Positions 1 through 10,184 of a stretch of 64,000 nt of DNA are shown here, one piece after another. Origin of the DNA: Flavobacteriales bacterium (GTDB taxonomy: Bacteria; Bacteroidota; Bacteroidia; Flavobacteriales; UBA7312); assembly GCA_965277895.1 (NCBI GenBank), contig CBDIDR010000001.1:1121560-1185559 (forward strand). Reading direction: 5' to 3'. A program made the position numbers and the translations under genes. Below the pieces are notes generated by a model. That model was given only the letters and a program-made list of their open reading frames with translations. It was not told where the DNA came from and ran no database searches. Each line of letters begins with the position of its first letter. The first letter of the stretch is position 1.

Positions 1-614
1 CCTACAACAAGTGTTGAGTTACATTTGTAGTCGAGCTCAAGGTATACTTGTTTATCAGTTGGTAAATTTATATCTGCAGTAGTACACTCAAAAATTTCGT
101 TTGCTTCTCCTGAGATAACACTTTTTATGTATTTGTTGCCAAATGCTGGATTAGAATTGTCATATATAGGCTCTAATGAATGGTTTAAGGAGTCAGTAAT
201 GACTTCTAAAACAGTTCCAATCCCTTCAAAATCTTCAACATATGGAAATGAATTAACTGAGTAGCTAACGGTTGGGTTTATAGTTGTTGTCTCATTAGGG
301 GTTAATTCGGCATAAATGTTATATGAAGTGAAATAAGGGTAGCTTACTCTACTAGATGAGATTCCATTCTTTTTTATTCCAGCTTCAATTAGAATGGTTT
401 GATTGCCAGTATTCAAAGTAGGAAAGGAAGTGGGTAGAGGGTACACTCCCTGAAATTCGTTATTAACATATACCCAAGCATCAGTAATGTTGTTAGTATG
501 GTCTCCGTCTACTGATATAGCTTCAATTTCAATGATAGAAGCAATACTTTCATCAGTGTTGATGATTTCACACCCACATAAGATAAGAAGCAAAAAAGTA
601 TAAATTAGTTTCAT
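1..614 (-). CDS. Putative lipoprotein, 3' end outside the window
   Basis: Not in the ORF track. ATG at 614 reads MKLIYTFLLLILCGCEIINTDESIASIIEIEAISVDGDHTNNITDAWVYVNNEFQGVYPLP..., a hydrophobic leader with a lipobox-like Cys, running toward the window edge. Confidence 0.75.
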   Translation of the reverse strand, partial: MKLIYTFLLLILCGCEIINTDESIASIIEIEAISVDGDHTNNITDAWVYVNNEFQGVYPLPTSFPTLNTGNQTILIEAGIKKNGISSSRVSYPYFTSYNIYAELTPNETTTINPTVSYSVNSFPYVEDFEGIGTVLEVITDSLNHSLEPIYDNSNPAFGNKYIKSVISGEANEIFECTTADINLPTDKQVYLELDYKCNSTLVV

Positions 615-648
615 TGTTTTTAGCTTAAACGTTAATTAGAAAAAAGTA

Positions 649-1647
649 TTACACTAAATTCATTTGATGACTAACTTTCATCTTTTCAAGAATTGTTTCA
701 GCAAGTTCCAAGGCACGTAATCCATCATTTATGGTAACGACTGGCTCCTTATCAAAAAGTACAACTTCATGAAAACTCTCTAGTTCATCTTTTATGGCGT
801 TAGTTTCTTCTACCTCTGGATTTTCAAAGTAAATTTGTTTTTTTCTTTTACCTTTTCCGAGGTCAAGCACTATTGCTAAAGGGTCAATCTTTTCAGAAGG
901 TTTTAGATTTTTCAATCGGATAACTTCTGTTTTCTTTTCTAATAAATCAATTGAAATATAGGCGTCTTTTTGAAAGACTCTTGTCTTACGCATATTTTTT
1001 AAGGACATACGACTGGCGGTTAGGTTACAGACGCATCCGTTATTAAACTCAATTCTAGCATTTGCAATATCTGGGGTGTCACTAATAACCGCTACTCCTG
1101 ATGCACTGATGTTTTTTATTGAAGATTTTACAATTTTGAGGATAATATCTAAATCATGAATCATCAAATCGAGTACTACACTAACATCGGTTCCTCGTGG
1201 ATTAAATTCAGACAGACGATGGGTCTCAATAAAGAGAGGCTTATCTATAAAGTCAACCGCCTTCTTAAAAGCAGGATTAAAACGTTCAACGTGACCAACC
1301 TGAACTTTGACACCAGCCTCTCTAGAAAGCTTAGTGAGTATTTCGGCTTCTAAAACAGTATGAGTTAGGGGTTTTTCTATGAAAACGTGTTTGTTAGCTT
1401 TGATTGCACTAGAAGCACAGTCAAAATGTGATACGGTAGGAGATACGATATCTACAACATCAGATTCCTCAATAAGTTGTTCAATGGATTTGAAGGATTT
1501 TACTCTAAATGTTCTGTTGACAATTTTAGCGTTTTCTCTGTCGGGGTCATAAAAGCCAATGACTTCGTATTTATCTTTTAATTCCAATAATATTTTTAGG
1601 TGAATTTTACCTAAATGTCCAGCGCCTATGACTCCAATTTTTATCAT
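649..1647 (-). CDS. Gfo/Idh/MocA family oxidoreductase (possibly GnnA-like UDP-GlcNAc 3-dehydrogenase)
   Basis: GVIGAGHLG Rossmann motif, EKP, GHVERFNP, DLMIHDLD. Confidence 0.85.
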   Translation of the reverse strand: MIKIGVIGAGHLGKIHLKILLELKDKYEVIGFYDPDRENAKIVNRTFRVKSFKSIEQLIEESDVVDIVSPTVSHFDCASSAIKANKHVFIEKPLTHTVLEAEILTKLSREAGVKVQVGHVERFNPAFKKAVDFIDKPLFIETHRLSEFNPRGTDVSVVLDLMIHDLDIILKIVKSSIKNISASGVAVISDTPDIANARIEFNNGCVCNLTASRMSLKNMRKTRVFQKDAYISIDLLEKKTEVIRLKNLKPSEKIDPLAIVLDLGKGKRKKQIYFENPEVEETNAIKDELESFHEVVLFDKEPVVTINDGLRALELAETILEKMKVSHQMNLV

Positions 1648-1696
1648 TAAAAAATATTATTTCTGCTAAAATAGAATTTTTATACACACTAATAAG

Positions 1697-1704
1697 TATT
1701 TTTG
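1697..1704 (+). promoter_or_regulatory. Bacteroidota sigma-70 -7 element upstream of pcm
   Basis: TATTTTTG matches TAnnTTTG, 13 nt before the ATG. Confidence 0.5.
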
Positions 1705-1717
1705 GAAGCGATTAAAG

Positions 1718-2362
1718 ATGAACGATAATTTTAGACATCAAGGCTTACGTTTAAATCTAGTGGAGCTGTTAAGAAATAAGGGAATTGCTAATGACAAAGT
1801 GCTCATGGCAATTTCTAAGATTCCTAGACATCTGTTCTTGGATAAAGCCTTTTTAGATTTTGCATATCAAGATAAAGCCTTTCCAATTGCTGCTGGTCAA
1901 ACCATTTCACATCCTTATACGGTGGCTTATCAAAGCGAATTGCTTGAAGTTAAGCCACATGAGAAGGTTTTAGAGGTAGGGACAGGTTCTGGTTATCAGA
2001 CTGCTCTTTTGTTGGAGCTTAAAGCCCAAGTGTTTACTATTGAAAGGCAAAAGGAACTTTACCAAAAAACCAAATCCTTTTTACCAAAGCTTGGATACCA
2101 CTGTATGTTCTTCTATGGTGATGGCTATAAAGGCTTAACCAATTTTGCCCCTTTTGACAAGATTATAGTAACGGCTGGTGCACCTTTCGTACCAGAAGAT
2201 TTAGTAAAACAATTGAAAGTAGGGGGTAGAATGGTTATTCCTGTAGGAGATTCGGACAAGCAAAAAATGATTTTAATTACAAAGAAATCAGAAGATAGTA
2301 TAGAACAGACGGTATTAGGTGATTTTTCTTTTGTTCCACTTTTACCGAAAAAGAGCCAATAG
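1718..2362 (+). CDS. pcm: Protein-L-isoaspartate O-methyltransferase
   Basis: PRHLF, GQTISHPY, VLEVGTGSGYQ, APFDKIIVTAGA, QLKVGGRMVIPVG. Confidence 0.95.
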   Translation: MNDNFRHQGLRLNLVELLRNKGIANDKVLMAISKIPRHLFLDKAFLDFAYQDKAFPIAAGQTISHPYTVAYQSELLEVKPHEKVLEVGTGSGYQTALLLELKAQVFTIERQKELYQKTKSFLPKLGYHCMFFYGDGYKGLTNFAPFDKIIVTAGAPFVPEDLVKQLKVGGRMVIPVGDSDKQKMILITKKSEDSIEQTVLGDFSFVPLLPKKSQ

Positions 2363-2369
2363 TATTTAT

Positions 2370-2377
2370 TACTTTTG
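2370..2377 (+). promoter_or_regulatory. -7 promoter element upstream of hbd
   Basis: TACTTTTG, 22 nt before the ATG at 2400. Confidence 0.55.
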
Positions 2378-2399
2378 CTCGAATTAAAATAAATGTATT

Positions 2400-3290
2400 A
2401 TGAAACATATTGGTGTTATTGGTGCAGGTACAATGGGTAATGGAATTGCTCATGTTTTTGCACAAAGTGGATATTCCGTTAGATTAATTGATTTATCTCA
2501 AGATGCTTTGGATAAAGCCTTATCTACAATTTCTAAAAACTTAGATAGAATGGTGGCTAAGGAGAAGATTTCAGAGTCGGACAAAACCAATACATTAAAT
2601 AATATTGACACTTTTACAGATATATCATCGGCTGTAAAAGGCTTAGATTTAGTTGTTGAGGCGGCGACTGAAAATATGGATATCAAACTCAAAATATTCT
2701 CTCAGTTGGATGAATTGTGTGATGCACACACCATTTTAGGTTCTAATACCTCCTCAATATCGATTACAAAAATTGCTTCTGCGACTCAGCGTCCTGATAA
2801 AGTAATAGGTATGCATTTTATGAATCCAGTACCAATTATGAAGTTGGTAGAGGTTATTCGTGGTTATGCTACTTCTGATGAAGTGACAAATACCATTATG
2901 GAGGTGTCTAAGTCATTGGGTAAAGCTCCTGTTGAAGTAAATGATTACCCTGGTTTTGTAGCTAATCGTATACTTATGCCAATGATTAACGAAGCTATTA
3001 TCACCTTGCACGAAGGCGTTGCTGGTGTTGAAGAAATTGACACGGTAATGATGCTTGGAATGGCTCACCCTATGGGACCATTGCATTTGGCTGATTTTAT
3101 TGGTCTGGATGTTTGTTTATCTATATTAGAGGTAATGCACCAAGGGTTTGGTAATCCAAAATATGCACCATGCCCATTATTAGTTAATATGGTAACCGCG
3201 GGTAAATTAGGAGTGAAGTCTGGCGAAGGATTTTACGATTACTCGGATGGATCTCGCAACAAAAAGCTTTCAGCACAGTTTGTGAGGTAA
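2400..3290 (+). CDS. hbd: 3-hydroxybutyryl-CoA dehydrogenase
   Basis: GAGTMGNGIA, SNTSS, GMHFMNPVP, PGFVANR, HPMGPL. Confidence 0.9.
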   Translation: MKHIGVIGAGTMGNGIAHVFAQSGYSVRLIDLSQDALDKALSTISKNLDRMVAKEKISESDKTNTLNNIDTFTDISSAVKGLDLVVEAATENMDIKLKIFSQLDELCDAHTILGSNTSSISITKIASATQRPDKVIGMHFMNPVPIMKLVEVIRGYATSDEVTNTIMEVSKSLGKAPVEVNDYPGFVANRILMPMINEAIITLHEGVAGVEEIDTVMMLGMAHPMGPLHLADFIGLDVCLSILEVMHQGFGNPKYAPCPLLVNMVTAGKLGVKSGEGFYDYSDGSRNKKLSAQFVR

Positions 3291-3866
3291 TTACTCAATC
3301 ACTCCTTGCCGTTTAGCGTCCTCTAAAATATACTCAATCCATTTATCCTCTTCAACGCTTTGGGGTTGGTAGGGCGTTTTTAGATTGTTGTCGTATAATC
3401 GAGCTAGGCTTTGCCAAAAAAAGGCTTGAAAACCACCCCTCAAATCCTTAATGATTTCATAGGTGCTAATGTTGGTTTCTCTGTAAATCAGTTTAGAGAG
3501 AATACGTCCTTCCCATCTAGAAAGTTTTTTTAAATCTTCAGCTAATTCTTCTTTCGCCCATTTTTCTACAGCCTTTATATAGGCTTTCTTCTTTCTGCGT
3601 TTGGGAATGCTGTCCAAATCGGCTAGCACACTATCCAGTTTTGAAGAGGCTAATTTGGCATAAGGGTAAACCTTAAGGGTTTTGTATTGCAATCGTCTAA
3701 AATACCGTTGGTCTTCCTTATTTTTAAAATGAAGAATTTGAACTTCGTCAATTTCACTAAGTACTAGAGTGTCCTTTTTGTCATAATACATTTCTTTAAT
3801 CATAAAGGTATCTACTTGTGAAAAGCATATAAAGGGGAAAAGTAATATGACAACAATTGATTTCAC
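3291..3866 (-). CDS. DUF4294-like exported protein
   Basis: Signal peptide ending CFS|Q, KVYPYAK, EGRILSKLIYRET, FFWQ motifs. Its stop codon directly abuts the hbd stop. Confidence 0.7.
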   Translation of the reverse strand: MKSIVVILLFPFICFSQVDTFMIKEMYYDKKDTLVLSEIDEVQILHFKNKEDQRYFRRLQYKTLKVYPYAKLASSKLDSVLADLDSIPKRRKKKAYIKAVEKWAKEELAEDLKKLSRWEGRILSKLIYRETNISTYEIIKDLRGGFQAFFWQSLARLYDNNLKTPYQPQSVEEDKWIEYILEDAKRQGVIE

Positions 3867-3870
3867 TACA

Positions 3871-3878
3871 CAAAGATA
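3871..3878 (-). promoter_or_regulatory. -7 promoter element upstream of the DUF4294-like gene
   Basis: caaagata on + is TATCTTTG on -. Confidence 0.55.
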
Positions 3879-3919
3879 TAGTAATGAAACAAGGAAAAAA
3901 GTAAAATTATTATGTGAGA

Positions 3920-4435
3920 TTACAAATACAAATCAATAAGCCCGTCGGGAGTATCCAAAACGATTTGCTTATTTTCTTTATCAATCTTGTGAATGAAGGG
4001 TTCGGCAATGGGAATGAGTATTTCTTTGCCTTTAAAGTCAATGACAAAAAGCTGTTGACCACTATTATCTTGAATGTTTACGATTTTACCAAGCTCACCG
4101 TGTTTTAAATCGCTGATAGAAAAGTTGATGACTCCAACAAAAGGGTTTTCATCTTCTGGTAGAAAATCTAGAGGTAGATAGGTTTCTTTGTTGATAAGTG
4201 TTGAAGCGTCTTCGTCACTATTAATATCTTCAAACTTTAAAAGAGCGATGCCATTATTTTTGAAACGAAAGTTGCTTATAAAGAAAGGAACTAAGCTACC
4301 ATTCATATCTATGAATAAGTGACTTAGTTCCTTAAACTTTGGGGATGAGCTAACATCTAATTTAATGTTTACTTCTCCCTTGTATCCGTGTTTTCGACTG
4401 ATTTTACCAAGAAAGAAACAATCTTCCTTTTTCAT
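3920..4435 (-). CDS. rimM: 16S rRNA processing protein RimM
   Basis: LGKISRKHGYKGEV, EILIP, PDGLIDLYL; directly downstream of rpsP. Confidence 0.93.
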   Translation of the reverse strand: MKKEDCFFLGKISRKHGYKGEVNIKLDVSSSPKFKELSHLFIDMNGSLVPFFISNFRFKNNGIALLKFEDINSDEDASTLINKETYLPLDFLPEDENPFVGVINFSISDLKHGELGKIVNIQDNSGQQLFVIDFKGKEILIPIAEPFIHKIDKENKQIVLDTPDGLIDLYL

Positions 4436-4442
4436 AATCTGT

Positions 4443-5228
4443 TTACTCAGCAGAATCTTCTTTCTTTTCTTCAGTAGCAGGAGCTTCCTCAGTAGCAGGT
4501 GCTTCCTCAGTAGTAGGTGCTTCTTCAGCAGCAGGAGCTTCTTCAGCAGCAGGAGCTTCTTCAGCAGCAGGTGCTTCTTCAGCAGCAGGTGCTTCTTCAG
4601 CAGCAGGTGCTTCTTCAGTAGCAGGAGCTTCCTCAGTAGCAGGAGCTTCCTCAGCAGCAGGAGCTTCTTCAGCAGCAGGTGCTTCCTCAGTAGCAGGTGC
4701 TTCTTCAGTAGCAGGAGCTACTTCAGCAGCAGGTGCTTCCTCAGCAACAGCTTCTACTTCTTCAGCTAGCTCAGCATTAGCGTTAGCCAATTCTTTTGCT
4801 CTGTTTTCACTGATTTCTTTTTCAGCAGCTAATCGTGCTTTTTTGTCGTCTTGCTCAGCTTTAGAAAGAGCATCTTTCTTAGAGTTGATTTTCTCTTCTT
4901 TTTCAGCTAACCAAGCTTCAAAACGATTTTCAGCTTCTTCTTCATTAAATGCTCCCTTAGCAACACCACCTAAAAGATGTTTTTTCATCATTACTCCTTT
5001 GTATTTCAAAAGAACTAAAGCGGTGTTAGTTGGTTGAGCACCTTTCATAACCCAATCCAATGCTCTATCGAAGTTTAGTTCAACAGTCGCAGGATTTGTG
5101 TTAGGATTGTACTGACCTAAATTCTCAATGAATTTACCGTCTCTTTTTGCACGGCTATCAGCAACAACTATTTTGTAGATTGGCTTTGATTTTTTACCGT
5201 GTCTTTGTAATCTAATTTTTGTAGGCAT
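4443..5228 (-). CDS. rpsP: 30S ribosomal protein S16 with a long acidic C-terminal extension
   Basis: MPTKIRLQRHGKK...IVVADSRAKRDGKFIENLGQYNP, GAQPT. Confidence 0.97.
   Translation of the reverse strand: MPTKIRLQRHGKKSKPIYKIVVADSRAKRDGKFIENLGQYNPNTNPATVELNFDRALDWVMKGAQPTNTALVLLKYKGVMMKKHLLGGVAKGAFNEEEAENRFEAWLAEKEEKINSKKDALSKAEQDDKKARLAAEKEISENRAKELANANAELAEEVEAVAEEAPAAEVAPATEEAPATEEAPAAEEAPAAEEAPATEEAPATEEAPAAEEAPAAEEAPAAEEAPAAEEAPAAEEAPTTEEAPATEEAPATEEKKEDSAE
4473..4742 (-). repeat. 15 x 18-bp coding tandem repeat (EEAPAA/EEAPAT) in the rpsP tail
   Basis: Unit approximately agcagcagg(a/t)gcttc(t/c)tc on +; 15 hexapeptide units counted in the translation. Confidence 0.95.
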
Positions 5229-5397
5229 AATTTTTCAGTTTAACTATCTCTGTAGTATCTGGTTAATAATTAGGGCGGCAAAGATGCAATTATTTCTTTG
5301 AAATAGAAAGAAAAACTAGATTTTAATACTTATCAACAATGGGTAATATTATTGGCTTAATTTTTACTTTTACAAAGCATTAACTCAAACATACAAA

Positions 5398-8300
5398 GTG
5401 TACTTAATTTTTGATACGGAAACTACAGGCTTACCTAGAAGCTGGAAAGCACCCATTACGGATGTAGAAAATTGGCCTAGGTGTGTGCAGATTGCATGGC
5501 AGTTATACGATGAAATGGGTGCTTTGATAGAGCAAAAGGACTTCCTTATTCGTCCTGATGGTTTTGATATTCCTTTTGAAGTTGAGAAAATTCATGGTAT
5601 TTCTACCGAACTAGCAATACAGAAAGGTCACGATTTAGCACAAGTTATTGCTGAATTTAAAGATGCAATTAAAAAAACAACTTTCTTGGTCGGTCAAAAC
5701 GTAGGTTTTGACGTTAATGTATGGGGTTGTGAGTTCCATAGACTGGATGAAGATTTAGAATGGACTAAGCTAAAGGTATTAGATACGTGTACAGAAAAGA
5801 CAGCTTCATTATGTCAAATACCTGGAGGTAGAGGTGGAAAGTTTAAATTACCTAATCTTACGGAATTACACCAGTATTTATTTCAGCAGTCTTTTGAAGA
5901 GGCACATAATGCCACTGCCGATGTAGAAGCAACAAGCCGATGTTTTTTGGAACTTCTTAGAAAGGAACACTATTCTTTGGAAGAGCTTCAGCAAGAAGCG
6001 GCTTATTTTTCAGAATTTCAATCAGCAAACCCTTCTACTATACAGCCTTTGGGTCTTAAGCACTTAAACCTAAAGGAAGAAAGTGCAAAACTTGTAAAAG
6101 TTGAAGATGTAAAGCCTGAAATTACAGTTGATAAGGAAATTGATTTAAGCTCATCTCCATTTGTTCATTTACATAACCATACGCAGTATTCTGTGCTTGA
6201 GTCAACTACCAAAATTCAATCCATGATTGATAGGGCAGTTGAGTTTGATATGCCTGCTGTTGCCATAACGGATTATGCCAATTTGTATGGTGCTTTTCAT
6301 TTTGTTGATGCTATACACAAACACCCCTCAAACAAGGAGATTATAGAGTTCAATAAAGCTGTTGATAAAGGGGATGAAAATGGACCTAAAAAAGACTTAT
6401 CCATAAAAGGAATTGTAGGTTGCGAACTGTCTATTTGCAGAGACCATGCTAATAAGGATACCAAAGACAATGGCAAAGCCATGGTTTTCTTAGCAAAAAA
6501 TAAAGAAGGCTATCATAATTTATCAAAGATGAGTTCTTTGGCATTCACTGATGGTTTTTATTATGTTCCTCGAATAGATAAGAAAATTGTAAGTAATTAC
6601 AAGAAAGACCTTATTGTTATTAGCGGTGGTATAAGTGGTGAGATTTCCGATTTAATTTTATCGGTTGGTGAACGACAAGCTGAAGAATCCATAATATGGT
6701 GGAAGGAGCAGTTTGGCGATGATTTCTACATTGAACTTGTACGACACGGAATTGAAGAAGATAAACGACTAAACGATACACTTATTCGTTTAGCAAAAAA
6801 GCATGGTGTAAAACTTATTGCAGCAAATAATTCCCATTACTTACACAAGGAAGATGCCAATGCCCACGACATTCTGTTGTGTGTAAAAGATGCTGAATTG
6901 CAATCGACACCTATTGGTAGAGGACGCGGCTTTAGGTATGGATTTCCAAATGATGAATACTATTTCAAATCTCAAGAGGAGATGAAAGCATTATTCAAAG
7001 ATATTCCAGAAGCTATTTCAAACATTAGTGAAATTGTATCAAAAGTAGAAAGCTATCAGCTTCAGAGAGATGTTCTTCTTCCTGCTTTTGACATTCCAGA
7101 GCAATTTGTGGTCAAAGAAGATGAAGAGGACGGAGGAAAAAGAGGAGAAAATGCCTATTTGAGGCACTTGTCTTACGAAGGGGCAAAAGAAAGGTATCCA
7201 GAAATTACGGATGAAATTCGCGATCGTCTTGACTTTGAACTTGAAACCATTGCCAAGACAGGCTATCCTGGTTATTTCTTAATTGTTCAAGACTTCACCA
7301 GTCAGGCACGGAAAATGGGTGTTTCGGTAGGTCCAGGTAGGGGATCTGCAGCTGGTTCTGCGGTAGCCTATTGTGTAGGGATTACTAATGTTGACCCTAT
7401 AAAGTATGACTTACTTTTCGAGCGTTTTTTGAATCCAGACAGGGTGTCTCTTCCGGATATTGATATTGACTTTGATGATGAAGGGCGAAATAAAATTATC
7501 GATTGGGTAGTCAATAAATATGGTCAAAATCAGGTAGCTCAAATTATTACCTACGGTACTATGGCAGCGAAATCTTCTTTGAGAGATACGGCCAGAGTCC
7601 TTGATTTACCACTTTCTGAAGCCAATGGTTTAACTAAGAAAATGCCAGACATAAAGTTGAATAAACTCTTCAACTTTGACGATAATGAACTTAAAGACAA
7701 ATTAAACGGTGAGCAGTTTAAGATGGCTCAAGAATTTAAGGAATTAGCCGATGGCGATGACTTACAGTCTAAAACCATAAAGCAAGCTACTATACTTGAG
7801 GGCTCACTAAGAAATATTGGACTACACGCTTGTGGGGTTATCATCACGCCTGATGATATCTCTAAATTTATACCTGTTCGTAAGGCCAAAGATACTGAGC
7901 TATTAGTAACTCAGTTTGACAACAGTGTTGTTGAATCTGCAGGAATGTTGAAGATGGACTTTCTAGGACTAAAAAACCTAACCATCATCAAAGACTGTTG
8001 TAAGATTATCAAACACATTCACGATGAGGATATAGACCCAGATAAAATTCCTTTAGACGATGAGTTAACTTATCAGCTTTTTCAAAGAGGAGAGACCAAT
8101 GGAATTTTTCAGTTTGAATCTCCTGGAATGCAAAAAAACCTAAAAGCACTTAAGCCGGATAAGTTTGATGACTTAATTGCTATGAATGCCTTGTACAGAC
8201 CTGGCCCTATGGAATACATTCCTAATTTCATTGCACGTAAGCACGGCAAAGAGGATATCATTTACGATTTACCTGAAATGTCTGAAATCCTTTCGGATAC

Positions 8301-9762
8301 TTATGGAATTACAGTGTATCAGGAGCAAGTGATGCTTTTATCTCAGGAATTAGCTGGTTTCTCTAAAGGTGATGCCGATGTACTTCGTAAGGCTATGGGT
8401 AAAAAGATTTTTGCTCTTCTAGAAAAACTCAAGCCTAAGTTTTTGGATGGTTGTAATGAGAGGGGTCATGATGTAGAGATAGCCGAAAAGATTTGGGGCG
8501 ATTGGGAAGCTTTTGCTGCCTATGCTTTCAATAAATCGCATTCGACTTGTTATGCTTTAATTGCCTTTCAAACGGCATATCTAAAGGCTCATTATCCTGC
8601 TGAATATATGGCGGCTTACCTTACCCATAACATGAACGATATAAAGAAAGTTACTTTTTATATGGAAGAGTGTAAGCGTATGGGTATAAAGGTATTAGGC
8701 CCAGATGTAAACGAGAGTTTTTACAAATTTGCGGTTAACAAAAAAGGAGAAATCAGATTCGGATTAGGTGCTGTTAAAGGTGTTGGAGAGGGTGCTGTAG
8801 AAACGATAGTAAACGAACGTCAGGAAAACGGAAACTACCAATCCATATTTGATTTAAGCAAACGTATTGATTTGAGAGCAGCCAACAAACGTGCTTTTGA
8901 AAGTTTGGTTTATGCTGGTGGCTTTGACAGTTTTGGTCATAAGCGTTCGACTTATTTTTATGATGATGGCACTGGAAGTATATTCTTGGAACGTGTTATG
9001 AAATATGGACATAAGTTTCAGGAAAATTTAGATTCTGCTCAGGTGTCTTTATTTGGTGAATCTTCCGAAGATGTGCTTTTAGAACCTAAAGTTCCGGACG
9101 TAGAGCCATGGAGTACATTAGAGATGCTTAATAAGGAAAAAGAAGTAGTTGGGTTTTACATTTCAGGACATCCATTGGATGATTACAAACTTGAAATGGA
9201 AAGCCTCTGTAACTTCAATATATCTGAAATAAAAGATTTTCAAGCCGTTAAGGGTAGAGATATTCTTATTGCAGGAATGGTAGCTCAGGTAGAACACCGT
9301 TTCACAAAAGGAGGAAAGCCATTTGGTACTATTTCCTTAGAAGACTATCACGACCAAATTACCTTCTTTTTGTTTGGTGATGATTACCCAAAATATAAGG
9401 CGTATATGACTGAGGGGTGGTTTGTCTATGCTCAGTGTAGAGTGCAAGAGCGAAAATGGAGTAAAGAGAACGAGTTGGAGATTAAGCTTGTTAATGTGGA
9501 GTTACTATCCGAAATTAAGGAAAAAGCTATTCGGTCAGTCTGTGTGAATATTGACTTGGAAGATTTAACGACTGATGTTATCAACAGAATTCAGGCTCTG
9601 GCAGAGGATAATGTGGGTAAGCATAACCTTAAAATTGTAGTAAACGATTCATCGGAAGGATATGCGGTTTCTTTGCGTTCAAAGAAATTTAAAATCAGTC
9701 TTGATGAAGACTTTATAAATGGTCTAAAACAAATTCCAATGTTGGAAATTCAAATCAATTAA
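5398..9762 (+). CDS. dnaE: DNA polymerase III alpha subunit with fused N-terminal DEDDh 3'-5' exonuclease
   Basis: FDTETTG / NVGFD / HNATAD exonuclease motifs; PHP HLHNHTQYS; GPGRGSAAGS, FERFLNPDR, PDIDIDF, KMDFLGL, FNKSHS. Confidence 0.97.
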   Translation: MYLIFDTETTGLPRSWKAPITDVENWPRCVQIAWQLYDEMGALIEQKDFLIRPDGFDIPFEVEKIHGISTELAIQKGHDLAQVIAEFKDAIKKTTFLVGQNVGFDVNVWGCEFHRLDEDLEWTKLKVLDTCTEKTASLCQIPGGRGGKFKLPNLTELHQYLFQQSFEEAHNATADVEATSRCFLELLRKEHYSLEELQQEAAYFSEFQSANPSTIQPLGLKHLNLKEESAKLVKVEDVKPEITVDKEIDLSSSPFVHLHNHTQYSVLESTTKIQSMIDRAVEFDMPAVAITDYANLYGAFHFVDAIHKHPSNKEIIEFNKAVDKGDENGPKKDLSIKGIVGCELSICRDHANKDTKDNGKAMVFLAKNKEGYHNLSKMSSLAFTDGFYYVPRIDKKIVSNYKKDLIVISGGISGEISDLILSVGERQAEESIIWWKEQFGDDFYIELVRHGIEEDKRLNDTLIRLAKKHGVKLIAANNSHYLHKEDANAHDILLCVKDAELQSTPIGRGRGFRYGFPNDEYYFKSQEEMKALFKDIPEAISNISEIVSKVESYQLQRDVLLPAFDIPEQFVVKEDEEDGGKRGENAYLRHLSYEGAKERYPEITDEIRDRLDFELETIAKTGYPGYFLIVQDFTSQARKMGVSVGPGRGSAAGSAVAYCVGITNVDPIKYDLLFERFLNPDRVSLPDIDIDFDDEGRNKIIDWVVNKYGQNQVAQIITYGTMAAKSSLRDTARVLDLPLSEANGLTKKMPDIKLNKLFNFDDNELKDKLNGEQFKMAQEFKELADGDDLQSKTIKQATILEGSLRNIGLHACGVIITPDDISKFIPVRKAKDTELLVTQFDNSVVESAGMLKMDFLGLKNLTIIKDCCKIIKHIHDEDIDPDKIPLDDELTYQLFQRGETNGIFQFESPGMQKNLKALKPDKFDDLIAMNALYRPGPMEYIPNFIARKHGKEDIIYDLPEMSEILSDTYGITVYQEQVMLLSQELAGFSKGDADVLRKAMGKKIFALLEKLKPKFLDGCNERGHDVEIAEKIWGDWEAFAAYAFNKSHSTCYALIAFQTAYLKAHYPAEYMAAYLTHNMNDIKKVTFYMEECKRMGIKVLGPDVNESFYKFAVNKKGEIRFGLGAVKGVGEGAVETIVNERQENGNYQSIFDLSKRIDLRAANKRAFESLVYAGGFDSFGHKRSTYFYDDGTGSIFLERVMKYGHKFQENLDSAQVSLFGESSEDVLLEPKVPDVEPWSTLEMLNKEKEVVGFYISGHPLDDYKLEMESLCNFNISEIKDFQAVKGRDILIAGMVAQVEHRFTKGGKPFGTISLEDYHDQITFFLFGDDYPKYKAYMTEGWFVYAQCRVQERKWSKENELEIKLVNVELLSEIKEKAIRSVCVNIDLEDLTTDVINRIQALAEDNVGKHNLKIVVNDSSEGYAVSLRSKKFKISLDEDFINGLKQIPMLEIQIN

Positions 9763-9767
9763 TTGTG

Positions 9768-9775
9768 TAATTTTG
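9768..9775 (+). promoter_or_regulatory. -7 promoter element upstream of trxA
   Basis: TAATTTTG followed by an A-rich leader. Confidence 0.55.
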
Positions 9776-9818
9776 TAAAGGAAATAAATCAAACAAATAA
9801 TAAAATAAAACCGATAAA

Positions 9819-10139
9819 ATGGCATTAGAAATCACTGACAAAAATTTTAAAGAAGTAGTACTAGACTCTGACAAACCTGTATTAGTTGACTTTTGGGCAA
9901 CTTGGTGTGGTCCTTGTAGAATGGTTGGTCCTATTGTTGATGAATTATCAAACGACTATCAAGGAAAGGCTGTTGTAGGAAAGGTTAACGTTGATGATAA
10001 CTCAGCAGTGCCTTCAGAATTTGGAATTAGAAACATTCCTGCACTTTTAATTTTCAAAAATGGTGAGATTGTTGATAAGGTAATCGGTGCCGTTCCAAAA
10101 AATGTATTAGCTGAAAAATTAGACGCTCAGCTTTCATAG
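9819..10139 (+). CDS. trxA: Thioredoxin
   Basis: VDFWATWCGPC, 106 aa. Confidence 0.96.
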   Translation: MALEITDKNFKEVVLDSDKPVLVDFWATWCGPCRMVGPIVDELSNDYQGKAVVGKVNVDDNSAVPSEFGIRNIPALLIFKNGEIVDKVIGAVPKNVLAEKLDAQLS

Positions 10140-10153
10140 TATTTTAAAAGATT

Positions 10154-10181
10154 AAAAAGGGGCTTTTAGCCCTTTTTTTTT
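10154..10181 (+). terminator. Intrinsic terminator after trxA
   Basis: aaaaaggggc-tttta-gcccttttttttt hairpin with a T-tract. Confidence 0.7.
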
Positions 10182-10184
10182 GAG

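Noticed and set aside
4365-4769. 134-aa plus-strand ORF of FFSSRC/S repeats
   Set aside because: Antisense shadow of the rpsP 18-bp repeat
5398-9762. Intein as the reason for the long DnaE
   Set aside because: The extra length is explained by the N-terminal exonuclease and linker; no splicing motifs seen
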